Part shown: positions 24,246-38,469 of the stretch, one piece after another
How the letters are laid out: every line of letters starts with the position of its first letter
How positions within the stretch are numbered: position 1 is the stretch's first letter
From: Octopus vulgaris
Taxonomy: Eukaryota
Direction of reading: 5' to 3'
Length of the DNA stretch: 64,000 nucleotides
NCBI GenBank assembly: GCA_951406725.2
Contig: OX597833.1
Location: 29,264,001-29,328,000 of the forward strand
Notes under the pieces: model-generated
What the model was told of the DNA's origin: nothing
Databases searched by the model: none
Seen by the model: only the letters and a program-made list of their open reading frames with translations
Program-made: the position numbers and the translations under genes

Positions 24246-27200
24246 AAGAAAGCTTGCATTTGGCAGAACTCATAAACATACAATAGCCCTCAACCTGCAT
24301 ATAGTACACCATCATTTTATTTGCTACATAATCACTACATTACATGGGAAATAAACCCTAAGTAGGGATGGGGGAACATTAAGCCTTTGTTCATGGGAGA
24401 GATATCCGATAGAGGTCAGAGCATAAAGACTTCTGGTACAGGTAGTGAGGGTGGGAAGGGCAAGTTCACTGTGAAACAGAAAACACTCAGGTTGCCAGTG
24501 TGAGAAAATATTAATGATAATAATGAGATAGAATTGAGCATTTGAACTCTTAACTAGAGCTATAACCAACAGTTTTCGGTCAGCCAAACTGACAAAATTA
24601 GATAATTGAATGAATAAATGATAATAATAAATGAGTGTGAAAGAGAGGGAGAATTGCTTATCTGAACATCTTCTGGTTTCTACTCCATGTGGCAAGGTAT
24701 TAAAATATGAGGTAGGGGAATCTGAATGAGCTAGTTTATATGGAGTGGGGGAGAGGGGGTAAAGTGTTGGGAAAAGCAAGTGGTTAATGAAACTGAGAGA
24801 GAGAGAGAGAGTGACCAGAGTTAGGCTGGTTGAAGACAGAACATGAGGAGACAGAATTTTGGGATTTAGGGCAACATAATTGAATGAATGGGTTTAACAT
24901 TGCTGCTGCTGGAGTGAAAGACTAGTAATTTTGATAATGAGATAGAATTGGGCACCATGAAACAGCAAAAACTCAGGCTGCCGGTGTGAGAAAATATTAA
25001 TGATTATAATGAGATAGAATAAGGCATTTGAATTCTTAACTAGGCTACCTAAACTACAAAAATGAAATTTTCTTATGCTCACACGAAAGGAAATATGTAA
25101 GTTGATACTGGTGAACTACATCATGATTATAAACATTAGAGCTTCCACCATCAGTACTTCCCACCACCACAGTCTGAGTGTTCAGCACATTGTTTACCAC
25201 CCCCAACTTATTACATACAAACACATATATATAATCACATATCTTCACATGATTTTTAAGACAGGATGCCCACTCCATCCCCTCCTTTATACTCTCTCCC
25301 AGCACACCCACCACCTGCATCCAAGCCACATATTCATTTTGCAGGTAGTTGTCTCTTACATGCACAGTGACTTTTGTGCAAGGGCCATAATTTTGATGAA
25401 TTCTCTTTTGAACTTAGGCAAGATTTTCATTTTGTTTTTTCTCCAACACTCTCAAACTTCTTGCTTTTCAGTAGCAGAAAGACATCCCATCACTTTTCTT
25501 ACAAGCCCTTCTGACAAGTACCATTTAGATTCTCCCCTGACTCATCTGGGAAACCAATCAGTAAAATTGACTGAAATAGAGCTATAATACTGTATTAATA
25601 TATCCACTCTGTATCGACAAATATACGAGTTCCTTTTTTTCAGACTTCATACGCACACACAGCCACTTTTCCATATTGGCATGGACTATCCTTCTGATGC
25701 AGAGTTTTATAATACAAATATCCCTCATGTCACCAACCATTTTAGTCACTTTTTACAGCATGTAAGAATGTGATGTATCTTGGGAAAATGTATTCTGCTA
25801 TAGTCCTAGGCCATCAAATACCTTCTGGGTGAATTTGATAGACTGTGCAGAAGCCTGTTGTGTGAATGTGTGTGTATGTTCTTGTGTGTGTGTGTGTGAA
25901 CCTTAGGTTAGTTTTATATTTGTGACATATTTCAACTTCTAAAGGCAAATTCACTGCAGTTACCATGGAGAAAAAAATTCTCTACTATGGTAATAGATTC
26001 CCAGACATTGCATTTCTGAGAACTATGTTAAGGGTACATGTGTTTGTGGAGTGCTCAGCCACTTGTACATTAATTTCACGAGCAGGTTGTTCAATTGATT
26101 TGATCAACTGGTACATTTGTTGTAACAGATGGAGTGCCAGTTAGGAATGGACATGATACGGGTGAGGTGATGTTGAGTCAGGTGGATCAGATAGAATGTG
26201 ATGTGACTCTTGTTGGTTCTGTGGATTAGACATCAAATTGGAAGTTGCAGAAAAGGAAGAGTGAGGTTGGAGTGTGTTGGTGTGTGACCCCATACTAATC
26301 AGATGGGAGGATGATCACATCTTGATGAAGCCTGTATTATGTGTGATAGGTGGTCAGTGATGGGTGTAAAAGTGTAAGGATGCTGACATCTGGAAGATGA
26401 AAACTGGAAAACAGGAGTAAATGGTATTCTATATAGACAATAATGAGATCAAGATGAATAGCAATTTTCTAAGCTGTAGCCTTATCCAACCCAGACTTTA
26501 TCAAAAACTGACAGTAAAGTAATTATGATGATCACCATACTGCTATTATTATTATTTTGATAGACCAGCACTTATATTTGTGACCATACCTTCTTAATTT
26601 TTTTTTTTTTTTTGACAGCTGCACTATCTAATGAATTATTCCTTTTTTAACATAGCTGAGTGTGATTTAAAAGAGATTTGACTGCTATGATAAGCAGATT
26701 GAAAAATCACATACAAGATTCTATCATTGAATCTGGCTCTTTCCTTAGTTTAAGCTTTCCTGTTGGTAAGAGGCTGCCGATGTTCATTACAGTAATGATT
26801 TGATGCTGTTCATCCATGCCAACTACTCGTAACTGTGATGAGTTACATGGAATAAACTATTAAGCAAGCCTTTAACTATTAATTTGATTACCTATTAATA
26901 GAAATAGCTATGACTGACAATTAGTATCTTAATCTGCATCCCCCTCATGAAACAGTAATCTTGTTCTACATTCTAGTTTCTGGAACATGATTAACTTAAA
27001 CATAAAATAAGTTCTTTGAGTTTACATTGGACTCAAAGCTGGATGTGCTACATATTAATTTAATCATTATTTCTGCTTGCAGTAGGATATGAAACATCAT
27101 AAACATATTTTTGCCCATCTATCTCAGCTTCCCGTCATTGCTTTGATTTCTAATGGTGATTGACATTCAGACCCTTTTAGAATCTGGTCTCTCCATCAAC

Positions 27201-28017
27201 TGATGGGACATGTTCTGTCTCTCTTTCCATGTATGATAACCTCCAGACAGCTCATAGAAAGTCCATAAGTTGAACTTTTAATGTGACCAAACAGTTTCAG
27301 GGCTTCACTTTTACAGTTACTAAAATTGGTTGTAGCTGTGTTATTTCTCATAGATCTAGCATTTTAACTCTGTTGGGTGTTTACCAATAATAAATCTCTT
27401 GACATAGTTTTGAAATATTTCAAATTTTGAAACTACTTCCTTGAACCAGGTAACAGGCACAATGTAAGTGTTTGAAGCTGATAGTTTATATCTAAGAGAA
27501 ATTCTACATGCTTTAAAGGTCAGGCATATATTGTCATTTCTAGCTTTGGTTGGGTCTAATTTGTAACTATGCTATCTGTAGCCAGATATCCATTATATTT
27601 CTCAAATTTAATAATATCAGGTGAGGTACACTGTTTTCATAGGAATACTGTGTAGTCATTACAGATTATACAGTAATTTACTGTTAAAGTGTAAGCAAAA
27701 CTGTAAAGATTCATTTGGGATTCTCACTTCTAGTTCTTTGCTTGAAGAAACCGAGTGATTTTGGAGACCCCAGCATTAGTTGTTTAAATCAACCCCAGTA
27801 TTGACTAGTGTTAAAGTACTGGTCAGCTCATTGAAATTTTCTTTAACAATAATAATGATGACACAAGGTTACAGTGTTTTCATATTTATTATATGAAACA
27901 TTATTAAAATGTTAAGTAGAAATAAATATGTTGTGATAAAAATAAAAGACCATATTAGTCAAAGACTGGTGTGTGTGTGTGTGTGTGTGTGCATGTATGT
28001 ATATATATATATATATA

Positions 28018-28378
28018 TCTCTATATAAACGGCAGTTTGTCTGTGTGTGTGTCTGTGTGTCTGTCAGGTTGTACCCTCAACCGATTCTGATGAAACTTGA
28101 CACACACATAGCCCAATGTCATAATTCAAAACTAACGCAGCGAAAATTTTGAAAAGTTCCCCCAGTTCTGAAAAAAATCGATAAATTCGACAAGGGGTCG
28201 AGAATCAGAAACACAAACCACAGACTGTCTAGGGGACGCAACTCCACCTTTTTAACTCTCAAAAATAAATTTACCATAATTTTTTTCCAATTTTTTGCTA
28301 TTTTTTGGCTATAACTCTCTAAAAATGCTTTATAGTTATTTCCCTTACAAACCCGAGCAACGCCGGGCGATACTGCTA

Positions 28379-28379
<1 letters not shown>
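28018..28379 (+). mobile_element. Non-autonomous Helitron-like element, copy 2
   Basis: A|TC start, cccgagcaacgccggg hairpin, CTAG|T end. Nearly identical to 953-1336 apart from a short deletion, and also within a TA tract. Confidence 0.75.
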
Positions 28380-28416
<37 letters not shown>

Positions 28417-28419
<3 letters not shown>

Positions 28420-29620
28420 CCCTGGAGGAATTCTAATCTCTGAATTAAAATCAGTGACAAGAGTAATGAGGCATCTTTCCAGCTGCATATTACTAATTTG
28501 GCAATCAAATGCAGATGGCTGGCTGGATCCTTTGAACTTTCAGAACTGGAAACATGATGATTCTCTTGCTCCCAAATACAGTCACCACACAGTATAAAAT
28601 TAACTCGCAACAATCTAGCAAAATTACACACAAAAAAAAATGTCTCAATGAAAGATGTCACTGGGGAAGATTGAAAAAGTTAAAACTCTACTACCTAGAA
28701 TGATGGCAAGAAAGATATGCATAGGACTTGTACCAAACTTTGGCATTGAAAGTTACACTAACAGTAGAACGGTGTGCCAAAGATCCTAACATTGCCACCA
28801 AGATACAGGAGCAGATACTACAACAACTTGGGTTTCAAGGGCTCACAACTCTTCAATATCCTTCTAAAAAGATATCTGCATGGTGTGGATATAAGAGTCT
28901 TCGGATCTTTTTGGTTTGACCGGCAGTTTTTAACATAATTTCTAGGTAACTAAAAAATTTTAAACTTTGTATACTGGTAGAATGTGTTTATAAAACATCT
29001 TTTCTCTTGGCTTTATTGAGAAAATTCTCAAAGTTTTTTCTAGCGGTGTCATATGAAATTGTCACCCATAATTATGACCCTAGTATTGATCTATTGCATT
29101 TCAATCTATTTTAGATTTAGGGTTAGGGTTAGGAGTGGGGGGAAGGGTATCTTTTTTCTTCACAAATGTAAATAAATCCAATCTGTTTCTTAAATGAGGG
29201 ACATATTCATACAGCACAGAATGTTTTTACCTCAATAGTCAGTCATTGATTGGTTAAAATTGCCAAAATGCAAAGAATTAAAGACCAAATATCTTACAAA
29301 CTATAGAATTTTCTCAATAAAGCCAAGAGAAAAAGATGTTTTATAAACACATTCTACCAGTATACGAAGTTTAAAATTTTTTAGTTACCTAGAAATTATG
29401 TTAAAAACTGCCGTTCAAACCGAAAAAATCCGAGTCTTCAAAACAAAACTGGATCTCCTCCTGTTAAGGATCACAGAGGATGAGAGGAGCAGCATAAAAC
29501 TCACTTGTTCATCAAATGCCACTTATCAGATGAGGTTTCAAATAGTGGAGGTGTTGTGGAGCCAACGGTGGTGCCCCAGCATGGCTGCAGCTCCAGAGCT
29601 GGAACTGGTTCCTGGCTTTA
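28417..29620 (+). mobile_element. Decayed 3' part of a CR1/L2-group LINE, interrupted by a MITE
   Basis: Residual similarity to the RT C-terminus at 5625-6200 (e.g. tggggaagattgaaaaagttaaaactctac = WGRLKKLKLY, and FKTKLDLLL). Confidence 0.55.
28903..29431. mobile_element. Long-TIR MITE with 8-bp TSD and internal TTAGGG repeats, copy 1
   Basis: Ends GGATCTTTT/AAAAAATCC, TIRs over 100 bp, perfect TSD GAGTCTTC (28895-28902 and 29432-29439). Confidence 0.88.
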
Positions 29621-29944
29621 AGGGTGTTGTGAAAGACCTGGCTGGAGGCCCAAGCTCCTGAGTTATTTTACAAAGCTTAGAAAAACTGAAAGACTGCTGC
29701 AATAAGTGTGTAAATATGAGAGGGGAATAAGCTGGATAAAATCATAATTAACTGATCTAACTAAGCCAGGAATTTTTCACCACTCCTCGTATGGGCAACC
29801 AGATCGAACAGTCTCAAGTGTAACTGCCCAAAACTGGTAACTTGACTAATGAAAGAAGGCCATGAATAACCTGTCCCTTTTTTCCTGTCTACCTTTGTAT
29901 TGTCTATCTGTCAAGATGTTTTATTGTCCTCTATTGCGTTTTTG

Positions 29945-29989
<45 letters not shown>

Positions 29990-30102
29990 TATATTATTTT
30001 TTGAGATATTAATCCCACCCTCACCGAAAAAACGACCTACCTGAAATCTAACAACATTGTCTGTTTCAACACACAGGAATCTTGCAACACAAATTCATAG
30101 TC

Positions 30103-30136
<34 letters not shown>

Positions 30137-30726
30137 GGCAACTATGAGAAACATGCAAAACCTGCTGAACAGCGAGAATCCAAGCAATAATGTATCTATT
30201 CATTCTCTATACATTCTAGAAGATTTGAGCATTACTTACTGCTGTTTTTTGTCATCATGGAACATCTAGTCCCTTTCATGACACACGCAGTTCGTTGAAG
30301 TAAGATTTCGCGACCTTGTTGTTTGCACTGTCTAAAAATAATTCCGAGACAAAGACTGCATTAAAAATATATGCAATTTATTTCTGCCATTTTAGTGCTC
30401 CTTATATCAAATATGTTGAATATGAAATAATTAAAATAAAGCTTACCAATGACAAATATTTAACCTTAAGGGAGGCAACTCTTGCTATGATTTGTTGATC
30501 ACATAGATTCAATTTCCCAGAGTTATCTTACCTAATGGATAATATTGACAACGGCACGAGTGCAAATTTTGAGGGGAAGCTATAGATAAATAAGACCTTT
30601 TAACTGACTTCTGCTTTAGTAACTGATTAATCAATTATGTATATCAAATATTATTACCAAAGAAATCACATACACTCATGTGTGTTAATGTGTATATAAA
30701 CACACACTGCATCTGTAATGAGTCCT

Positions 30727-30767
<41 letters not shown>

Positions 30768-31238
30768 TAAACTAAAAGGGGAAGTTCGAGAGCCCAGATG
30801 CTTAATCAGTAGACCACGTGATTTCTCAAGATCTAATAAGACGGCTAAAGAAGTTGAGAAAAGACAAGAGATAAAACTGTCTACATAAGTATGAGCATAT
30901 GTTGTACCATTTATTTACTTTTATAAATATACACTTGCGTCAGAAATTAATTAGCACTTCTCAAATTTCTACATTAAATAGGTTAAATCAATTAACCTAT
31001 GAGCTGTTCAAAACGTCTTACGCGATGAGAAAACTTAGTATGGTGTGATTTCGGTCCTTGCGAGGCGCTACCTATATCTATTAAACAAAGGAAGATTTGT
31101 CTGCATCCGCACTCCAAGTTGTTGTTGCACTGCTATGTCAATATCATAAGGGTGTAGACTCTCAAACTGCTCTGCAAACAAAGTTACGTCATCGTTCTGC
31201 GCAACAGTGAACTCGCAACAAAGCAATAGTTCGAGATA

Positions 31239-31257
31239 TGGCCACTAGGTGACAGCA
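31239..31257 (+). promoter_or_regulatory. CTCF-like motif within a locally CpG-rich segment (~30990-31260)
   Basis: TGGCCACTAGGTGACAGCA is close to the CCACYAGGKGGCR consensus. A TTACGTCA CRE-like site lies near 31184. Confidence 0.35.
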
Positions 31258-31326
31258 CATACCTTGAGTGAAAAGCAAATCAAGGGTGCTAATTAATTTC
31301 TGACGGTAGTGTATATATATATATAT

Positions 31327-31536
31327 ACTCTTTACTCTTTTACTTGTTTCAGTCATTTGACTGCGGCCATGCTGGAGCACCGCCTTTAATCGAGCAACTC
31401 GACCCCAGGAATTATTCTTTTGTAAGCCCAGTACTTATTCTATCGGTCTCTTTTGCCGAACTGCTAAGTAATGGGGACATAAACACACCAGCATCGGTTG
31501 TCAAGCAATGCTAGGGGAACAAACACAGACACACAA

Positions 31537-31569
<33 letters not shown>

Positions 31570-31738
31570 CATATATACGACGGGCTTCTTTCAGTTTCCG
31601 TCTACCAAATCCACTCACAAGGCTTAGGTCGGCCCGAGGCTATAGTAGAAGACACTTGCCCAAGGTGCCACACAGTGGGACTGAACCCGGAACCATGTGG
31701 TTGGTAAACAAGCTACTTAACATACAGCCACTCCTGCA

Positions 31739-31741
<3 letters not shown>
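31327..31741 (-). mobile_element. tRNA-derived SINE, full-length
   Basis: Head with A/B-box-like GTGGCTGT...GGTTCAGTCCC, internal TA/CA tract, tail gtaaaagagtaaaagag. Inverted near-identical copy at 38470-38866. Confidence 0.85.
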
Positions 31742-31776
<35 letters not shown>

Positions 31777-32276
31777 GGGAAGTATGTATTTAAACATGCT
31801 TACACACACGTATGTGTGTGTGTGTAATAATTAATAATTTTAAATTTGTGTGTACACCTTGTAGAGTGCCATTTAAAGCCTATTCACTGTATTTGGCTAC
31901 CTGATGTCATCAAAAGCATGGAACTACATGCCACTGGATTTACTTCAGGAATTCCTTCGTATCCGTAGAGTTTATGAAATATGAGAGAAAGAAAATAGAA
32001 TTCAGAAGACTCTTTATTATTCACTATGATATTTTCTGGCAATTGTGTACTGGTGCCTCATGGATGAGAAGCTGTACAAGCAGTTGTGGTGCATCATAGG
32101 TGCAGATGTATCTTGTCAGGTGGTTGTAGTTTGCTACTCATCTACACAAGAAACTGGGTTATAGTGTAGAACTCTATTTATATAAGCAATAAAGTGACTC
32201 ACAAAGAATAAAAAAAAATTATAATATATTTTTATATTATATTTTATTTTTTATTTTTTAATTCTTTGTTATGTGA

Positions 32277-32790
32277 TAAATTCCTGTGTAAAATTGGGCA
32301 AAAGAAATGCTACAGAAACTTATGAAATACTCCAGGCTTCTTATGGATTAAATTGTATAAGCAAAACACCTATTTTTCATTGGTACAAGAGGTCAGGCAA
32401 AGTACATCCAATGGAAAGCGGATGATGATCCCCTTTTCCAACAGTAAGGGCAGCCTCTAACCACTGGCCAAACAGTCAACAAAGAGTACTTTGTTGAGGT
32501 TTTGAGGAAGTTCAGGAAGAGATTTCATTGTGAAAAGCCAGAGCACCTACGTCAGAACAATTCACCAGTCCACAGTACCGTCTTGGTAACCAACTACTTG
32601 ACAGAGATGGGCATCAAAACTGTCTCTCCCCATCTCCCCGCTACAGTCCTTGTGAGTTTTGGTTGTTCCACAAACTGAAGAAGGCTGTGACAAGGGTCTT
32701 AGACACCTTTAGTTTTGAAGACTTCCATGAAGTGGCTGGTGTGCTACGAATGCATAGAAGTCAGAGCATCCTACTTTGAAGGAGATTAGA
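32277..32790 (+). mobile_element. Degenerate mariner transposase remnant
   Basis: Decayed motifs ..CVKLGK.NATETYEIL, QNNSPVH (HDNA-like) and CIEVRASYFEGD*. Confidence 0.7.
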
Positions 32791-32859
32791 GTTTTCTGCT
32801 TTGAAGTTAATAAATGTCTCTCCTGAAAAAGTCTGAAAATTTCTGGAATGCATCTTGTA

Positions 32860-33540
32860 CAAGATAGTTTTTCAACTCCTGTGTAACAGTGCTAATGGTA
32901 TCTTCTGCACCCCTCCTTTCTTGGTAGGTAGGGCCTGTTTGTATTACATATAGGGTGGTGCATGTTCTGCATTGAGAGCAGCCTCATCATTCTTCTACCT
33001 AAGTTCTGTGGTTCTGTCTTCTTTAGAAAAGGAGCAGAGTATCTTAATACTGGTATGGCTCATATATTCATTGCTTTGATAATATTCCCCCATTCAATTT
33101 TATTTGGAGCACCTTCTTAATTTTTCTCTTGTACTCTTTGGAGATTTTCTCAGTCACTTCTTCTATTATCCTATTGCCTTGCAGCATCCCTAGGCACTTG
33201 TATCCCTTATTATTCCACAGGAATCTAATGATATCCTCTTGTGGTATTTTATACCATCAGAGTTTATTTCTTTTAATTAACACTGCATACTTGTTTATCG
33301 CAAACTGCATTCCAATATCATTGTTGAATACTCTTACCGTTAGAATTAGAGAATTCAGGTCTTTTTCACATTTTGTATATAATTTGAGTTTTCACCCATA
33401 TAAAGCAGGTGTTTTATTTTCATCTTAGAGAAATAAATCTCTGTATATTTGTCAGAAGGATTAACCCAATGACAAACAGAAATGGAAATAGTGAGAACGA
33501 GTTTCCCTGGAATATCTCCTTGCATATTTCCATGTTTCCT
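32860..33540 (-). mobile_element. Degenerate R4/Dong-like non-LTR retrotransposon RT fragment
   Basis: Minus strand gives YKCLG and RPYLPRKEG (compare RLYLPRKEGGRGL). Many disablements. Confidence 0.5.
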
Positions 33541-34262
33541 AACAGTTCATTTGCACAGTGTGTGTGTGTGTGTGTGCATGTGTGCAAATAAAATGAATAA
33601 CCAGAGCAACAATTTCCTATTCTTTTCTATTGATTTCTATTTAGAAAAATTAAAAGATAAATATTTTTTTATTTGTTGTATCATAGAGTCATATATTTCA
33701 AAATATATTTGGAGATCAAAGAGTGAAGGACAGTCTTCCAACACTACAAGGGTAACATAAGATAAGGTAGCAGAGTTTTCATAAAAGTCAGAGCTCTGTG
33801 ATCTTTGTCTTATAAAAAACCTTCATTCTATTTTCTACCTTAACTAAAATGAAGGAAATGAACTTATTTAGACCTTCTGACATTCCCCTACACCAAAATG
33901 TTTTACTTCAATTCTCTTGATGCATGATTAATAACAAATGATTGTGAAGAAAAGAAATGACCTGAATACAAACTGTATCATTAATAGTCATTTCTTCTTA
34001 TTCCCAAAAGACCAATTAAATAAAACACCTGGTTTGGAAATATCTGTTTACATCTAACATATGACAAACACATAACAGACTCTACATACTTCTTACACAA
34101 GGTTTGCTTGAATATTATATATTTTTCTACCCCAAAACAGAATCAACATGTGAATGTGAGTCTGCATATTTGTGTGCACATGTGAATGTATGTGAAATAA
34201 CTTGTTTTAAACATACCATATTTCTTTGTGATATATTTGAGGACCTTCCTTCCCATTTTTGA

Positions 34263-34600
34263 AGGTGCATGGCCCAGTGGTTAGAGTGTTGAGCTTACGA
34301 TCGTGAGGTTGTGAGTTCGATTCCTGGACCGGGCTGCATGTTGTATTCTTGAGCAAGACACCTTATTTCATGTTGCTCCAGTTAACTCAGCTGTAGAAAT
34401 GAGTTGCGACATCACTGGTACCAAGCTGTATTGGCCTTTGCCTTTCCCTTGGATAACATCAGTGGTGTGGAGAGGGGAGGCTGGTATGCATGGGCAACTG
34501 CTGGTCTTCCATAAACAACCTTGCCCGGACTTGTGCCTCGGAGGGTAACTTTCTAGGTGCTATCCCATGGTCATTCATGACCGAAGGGAGTCTCCTCCTC
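34263..34600 (+). mobile_element. tRNA-derived SINE (second family)
   Basis: A box TGGCCCAGTGG and B box GTTCGATTC, followed by body ttcttgagcaagacac...; the cloverleaf acceptor stem is incomplete. Confidence 0.75.
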
Positions 34601-35169
34601 TTCCTTCCCATTTGTTTACTTTACATAAAGTTGTAGCACTGATAACTGGGTCTTTGTGCCCGTCAAATAATTATGCATATTGCTTATATGTACTAAATAA
34701 GCATTGACCAGATTAATATACATCCCTCTACTTCATAGCTCCGGGCATGTATTTAAAAATCACAACTTATGTATCAGCATAATATACAGAAGGTATTTTT
34801 TTCTAAATTATTATTTCTCATTGATATATAAAGTGATTGTTTCATTCTTTTATTTGTTCATGGTAAATTTATATGCCAACCATTCTTGATGACAAAAACT
34901 GCTATGTACTGTGTGGCTAAATGAGTATATATTTCAAGCATGTGGTAAATATTCAATATTTCCTTTATGTAGTATATTGAGGTCCATCAGTCTTCTTGTT
35001 TAATTCACTGAGACATAATTTCAAAGCACCAATTACCTGTTAAGTTATTGTGTACTATCAGCGATTATCTCCCAATAAACTAAAATTGAATTACTGGTGG
35101 GGGTCATGCACATTTTCTTGCTTACAAGTCTGTCTGTTTTTCTATCTGTCTACACATATGTGCACACGT

Positions 35170-35205
<36 letters not shown>

Positions 35206-35409
35206 TAAAAATAAACATGAAACATGAAAATAAATTGAAATATGAAATTGAAATACCAGTTGTGATCTTTGTCTTATAGAAAACCTTCATTCTATTTTCT
35301 AAGGCAGCATCTAACATTATATTAATGTTCAAATGATTCCCTATTAATGAGACACCTGATGTTTACTGCAGTTTTGAATACATTAATAAGAACAGACTAG
35401 TGTCTATAG

Positions 35410-35704
35410 TAGTGGTCTTCAACCATTTTTTATCTATGGACTCCTTTCTTTACTATTTTATTATGGTTGATCCCATAACTATTTGATGTTTGAAAACTAG
35501 TTTTATAAAGACTTCTTTCAATATCAAAATTCCTATTTTGTTATTTACACATTAACTTGTGTAGGTTAAACTATGTAAAATGTTTCTTGCAATAAACACA
35601 TAAAGAGCAAACTTTTTTCATGGATCCTTAAAATATTATTGCAGGTACCCAATTTATTATTTCGTTTACGTGGTACCCCCATGGGCCCCGGTTGAGAACC
35701 ACTG
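35410..35704. mobile_element. hAT-like MITE
   Basis: Imperfect TIR tagtggtcttcaacc / ggttgagaaccactg. Degenerate 8-bp flanks gtctatag / atctaaaa. Confidence 0.55.
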
Positions 35705-36362
35705 ATCTAAAAGAAGAAACTAATGGCTAAGTTGCCTAAACCTTAGGCAAGTATCTTCTACTATAGCCTTGGGCTGACAAAAGCCTAGTGAGTGGATTTG
35801 GTAGGTATATATATACACAGACAGATATATATATATATCTGTGTGTGTATCTTTGTGTCTGTGTTTGTCCCCCCACCACTGCTTGACAACTGGTGTTGTT
35901 GTGTTTACAACCCTGTAACTTAGCCATTTGGTGTGCTAATGATTCTGCCAGCTTGCCACCTTAGGTGTGGAAAATATTGGTCAAAATATTCCAGTACTTC
36001 AACATCAGAAATGTTACTGGAATAACTTGAACCGAGTTATAGTATGGTTAGTTAAACTAGTATGTTATGTATTATATAACTGTTAATCATGTATCTTATG
36101 TAACTGAGTTGTGTCTAGGTACATACTTGTTTACATTTTAAAATGTTGTCTCCTGCCCCCATTACTATCAATGGTAGTTGAGGAAGAAGAGAATAACAAA
36201 ATTCTGATGAATTGTTACCGACAGGCACAGGCGTGGTTGTGTGATAAAAAACTTGCTTTCCAACAACATATTTCTGCGTTCAGTCCCACTGTGTGACACC
36301 TTGTGAGTGGATCTGGTAGACAGAAACTAGAAGAATTCTGTCATATATACATGTATATGTAT

Positions 36363-38092
36363 ATCATCATCATTATCATCTTCAGTTGGCATCTACTTCC
36401 CATGCTGGATGGGTTAGACAGTTTAAAACTGATAAGCTGGAGAGCTGCACCAGGTTCCAGTTTGATTCAGCATGGTTTCCGCAGCTGGATGCCCTTCCTA
36501 ACACCAAACACTCCAAGAGTGTAATGGGTACTATTTACGTGCCACCAGCATTGGCCACAACTACACTTTCCCTTGGTTTGACGAGTCTTTTCAAGCACAG
36601 CATGTCGCCAAAGGTCTCAGTTACTTATTGTTTGCCTCCATGAGGCCCCACATTCAAAGTGTGCCTTTTATGTGCCACCAGCACAAGTGCCTGTTACATG
36701 AGACACTGGTGTCAGCCATGACTACAGTTTCACTTGGCTTGTCATTGCCTCCATGAGACCCAATGTTTGAAGATCATGCTTCACCACCTTGTCCTATGTC
36801 TTCCTGGTCTAACTCGTCCATAGGTTCCCACCACAGTTAGAGATTAGTATTTCTTTACACAGCTTTCCTCATCTATATGCATCACATGCCCATGCCAGTG
36901 CAGTCATTTCTCTTGCATACCATATCAGATGCCTCTTATGCCCACCTTTTCTCTCAAGACACTTACACTCTCTTATACATGCATACTGATACTGCACATC
37001 CAGCAAAGCATACTAGCTTCATTTCCTTCAAGCCTATGCATGTCCTTGGTGGTCACAGCCCATGTTTCACTGCTGGGTAGCATGGCTGTTTGCTTGCAGG
37101 CATCATACAGTCTGCCTCTCACTCTGAGGGAGAGGCACTTTGTTACCAACAGAGGTCAGAGCTCTCTAAACTTTATCTAACCTATTCTTATTCTAACAGT
37201 TACACTCTCGGAGCATCCACCTCCACTACTTACTTGTTCACCTAGATAATGGAACCTATCAACTACTTCTAACTTTTCCTGCTGGCATTGGATGGAGTCT
37301 ATTTTCTGTACATTTTTAGTGTTTATTATATGTGTGCACCTTCCACACACAAAAACTAGTTTCCCTGTTAATCTTCCCCTGATATTGCTGCACCTCTTGC
37401 GTGTCCATAGCTTACACCTGGTACATTTTATAGAGTTTCTATCGCCACCTTTTCTACTGATTGAGTTGGTACATATACCCGAAGGGATTTGTGAATTGTC
37501 TGCTTTCCTACTTACTAAGACTTTGCATTTTGCTAGATTAACCTTTGATTCTAGACCTTGCTTCCACACCTCAAATTTATTCTCTAGTTCTGGAAGTGAT
37601 TCGGCTATGAAAACAAGGTCATCAGCATAGAGGAGCTCCCAGGGGCAGCCTGTCTTAAATTCCTCTGTTATGGCCTGAAGGACTATGATGAACAGGAGGG
37701 GACTGAGGACTGATCCTTGGTGAACTCCTCCTTGTACCTTAAATTTATCGCTATACTCATTGCCAACCCTCACCTTACTGACAGCATCCCTGTATATTAC
37801 TTGTATGGGTCTCTCCAACCACTCACCTATCTCTAGTTTCTGCATTGACCACCAGATAAGGGAGTGCGGAACCCTATCAAAGGTTGTCTCCATGTCAACA
37901 AAAGTCAAGTACAGGGGTTTATTTTTGGCTAGGTACTTCTCCTGCAGCTGCCTTACCAGAAATATAGCATCAGTGGTGCTTCTCTCTGGCACAAAACCAA
38001 ACTGCATCTCATCTAGACTAACTCTCTTCCTAATTAGCTGGGCTATGACCCTCTCTGTAACTTTCATTGCCTGATCCAACAATTTGATACCT
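36363..38092 (-). mobile_element. RTE-clade LINE 3' half (RT) with 3' UTR and (GAT)n tail
   Basis: ORF 37177..38142: QFGFVP, FVDMETTFDRVP, GVHQGSVLSPLLF, LLYADD, FHYLG. Confidence 0.9.
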
Positions 38093-38469
38093 GTGTGCAT
38101 ATGTGTGTGTGTGTGTGTCTGTGTGTATTTGTCTTCCACCACTGCTTGACAAACAGTGTTGGTGTGTTTATATCCCTGTAGCTTAGCAGTTTGGTAAAAG
38201 AGACCAATAGAATAAATACCAGGCTTAACAAAAAATAAGCACTGGGGTTAATTCATTCAACTAAAAATTCAAGGTGGTGCTCCAGCATGGCCACAGTCTA
38301 ATGACAGAAACAAGTAAAGGATAAAAGATCAGTTCAGTTGGTTCAATCCTCATCCTAAACCTGTTGAAAAAGTCATTATAGGTTTCAGCCTTTTGTTATT
38401 ATATTTCTACTGTTTGAAAATAATGAAGAATTTAGTAATATATAGGTGCAGGAGTGGCTGTGTGGATAT

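Noticed and set aside
24460-25590. ORFs 24324..24779 and 25075..25587 and a ~90-bp internal duplication
   Set aside because: No recognisable domain. Looks like a decayed unclassified repeat that I cannot assign.
34263-34335. tRNA gene
   Set aside because: A and B boxes are present but acceptor and anticodon stems do not pair well, and it runs into a SINE body.
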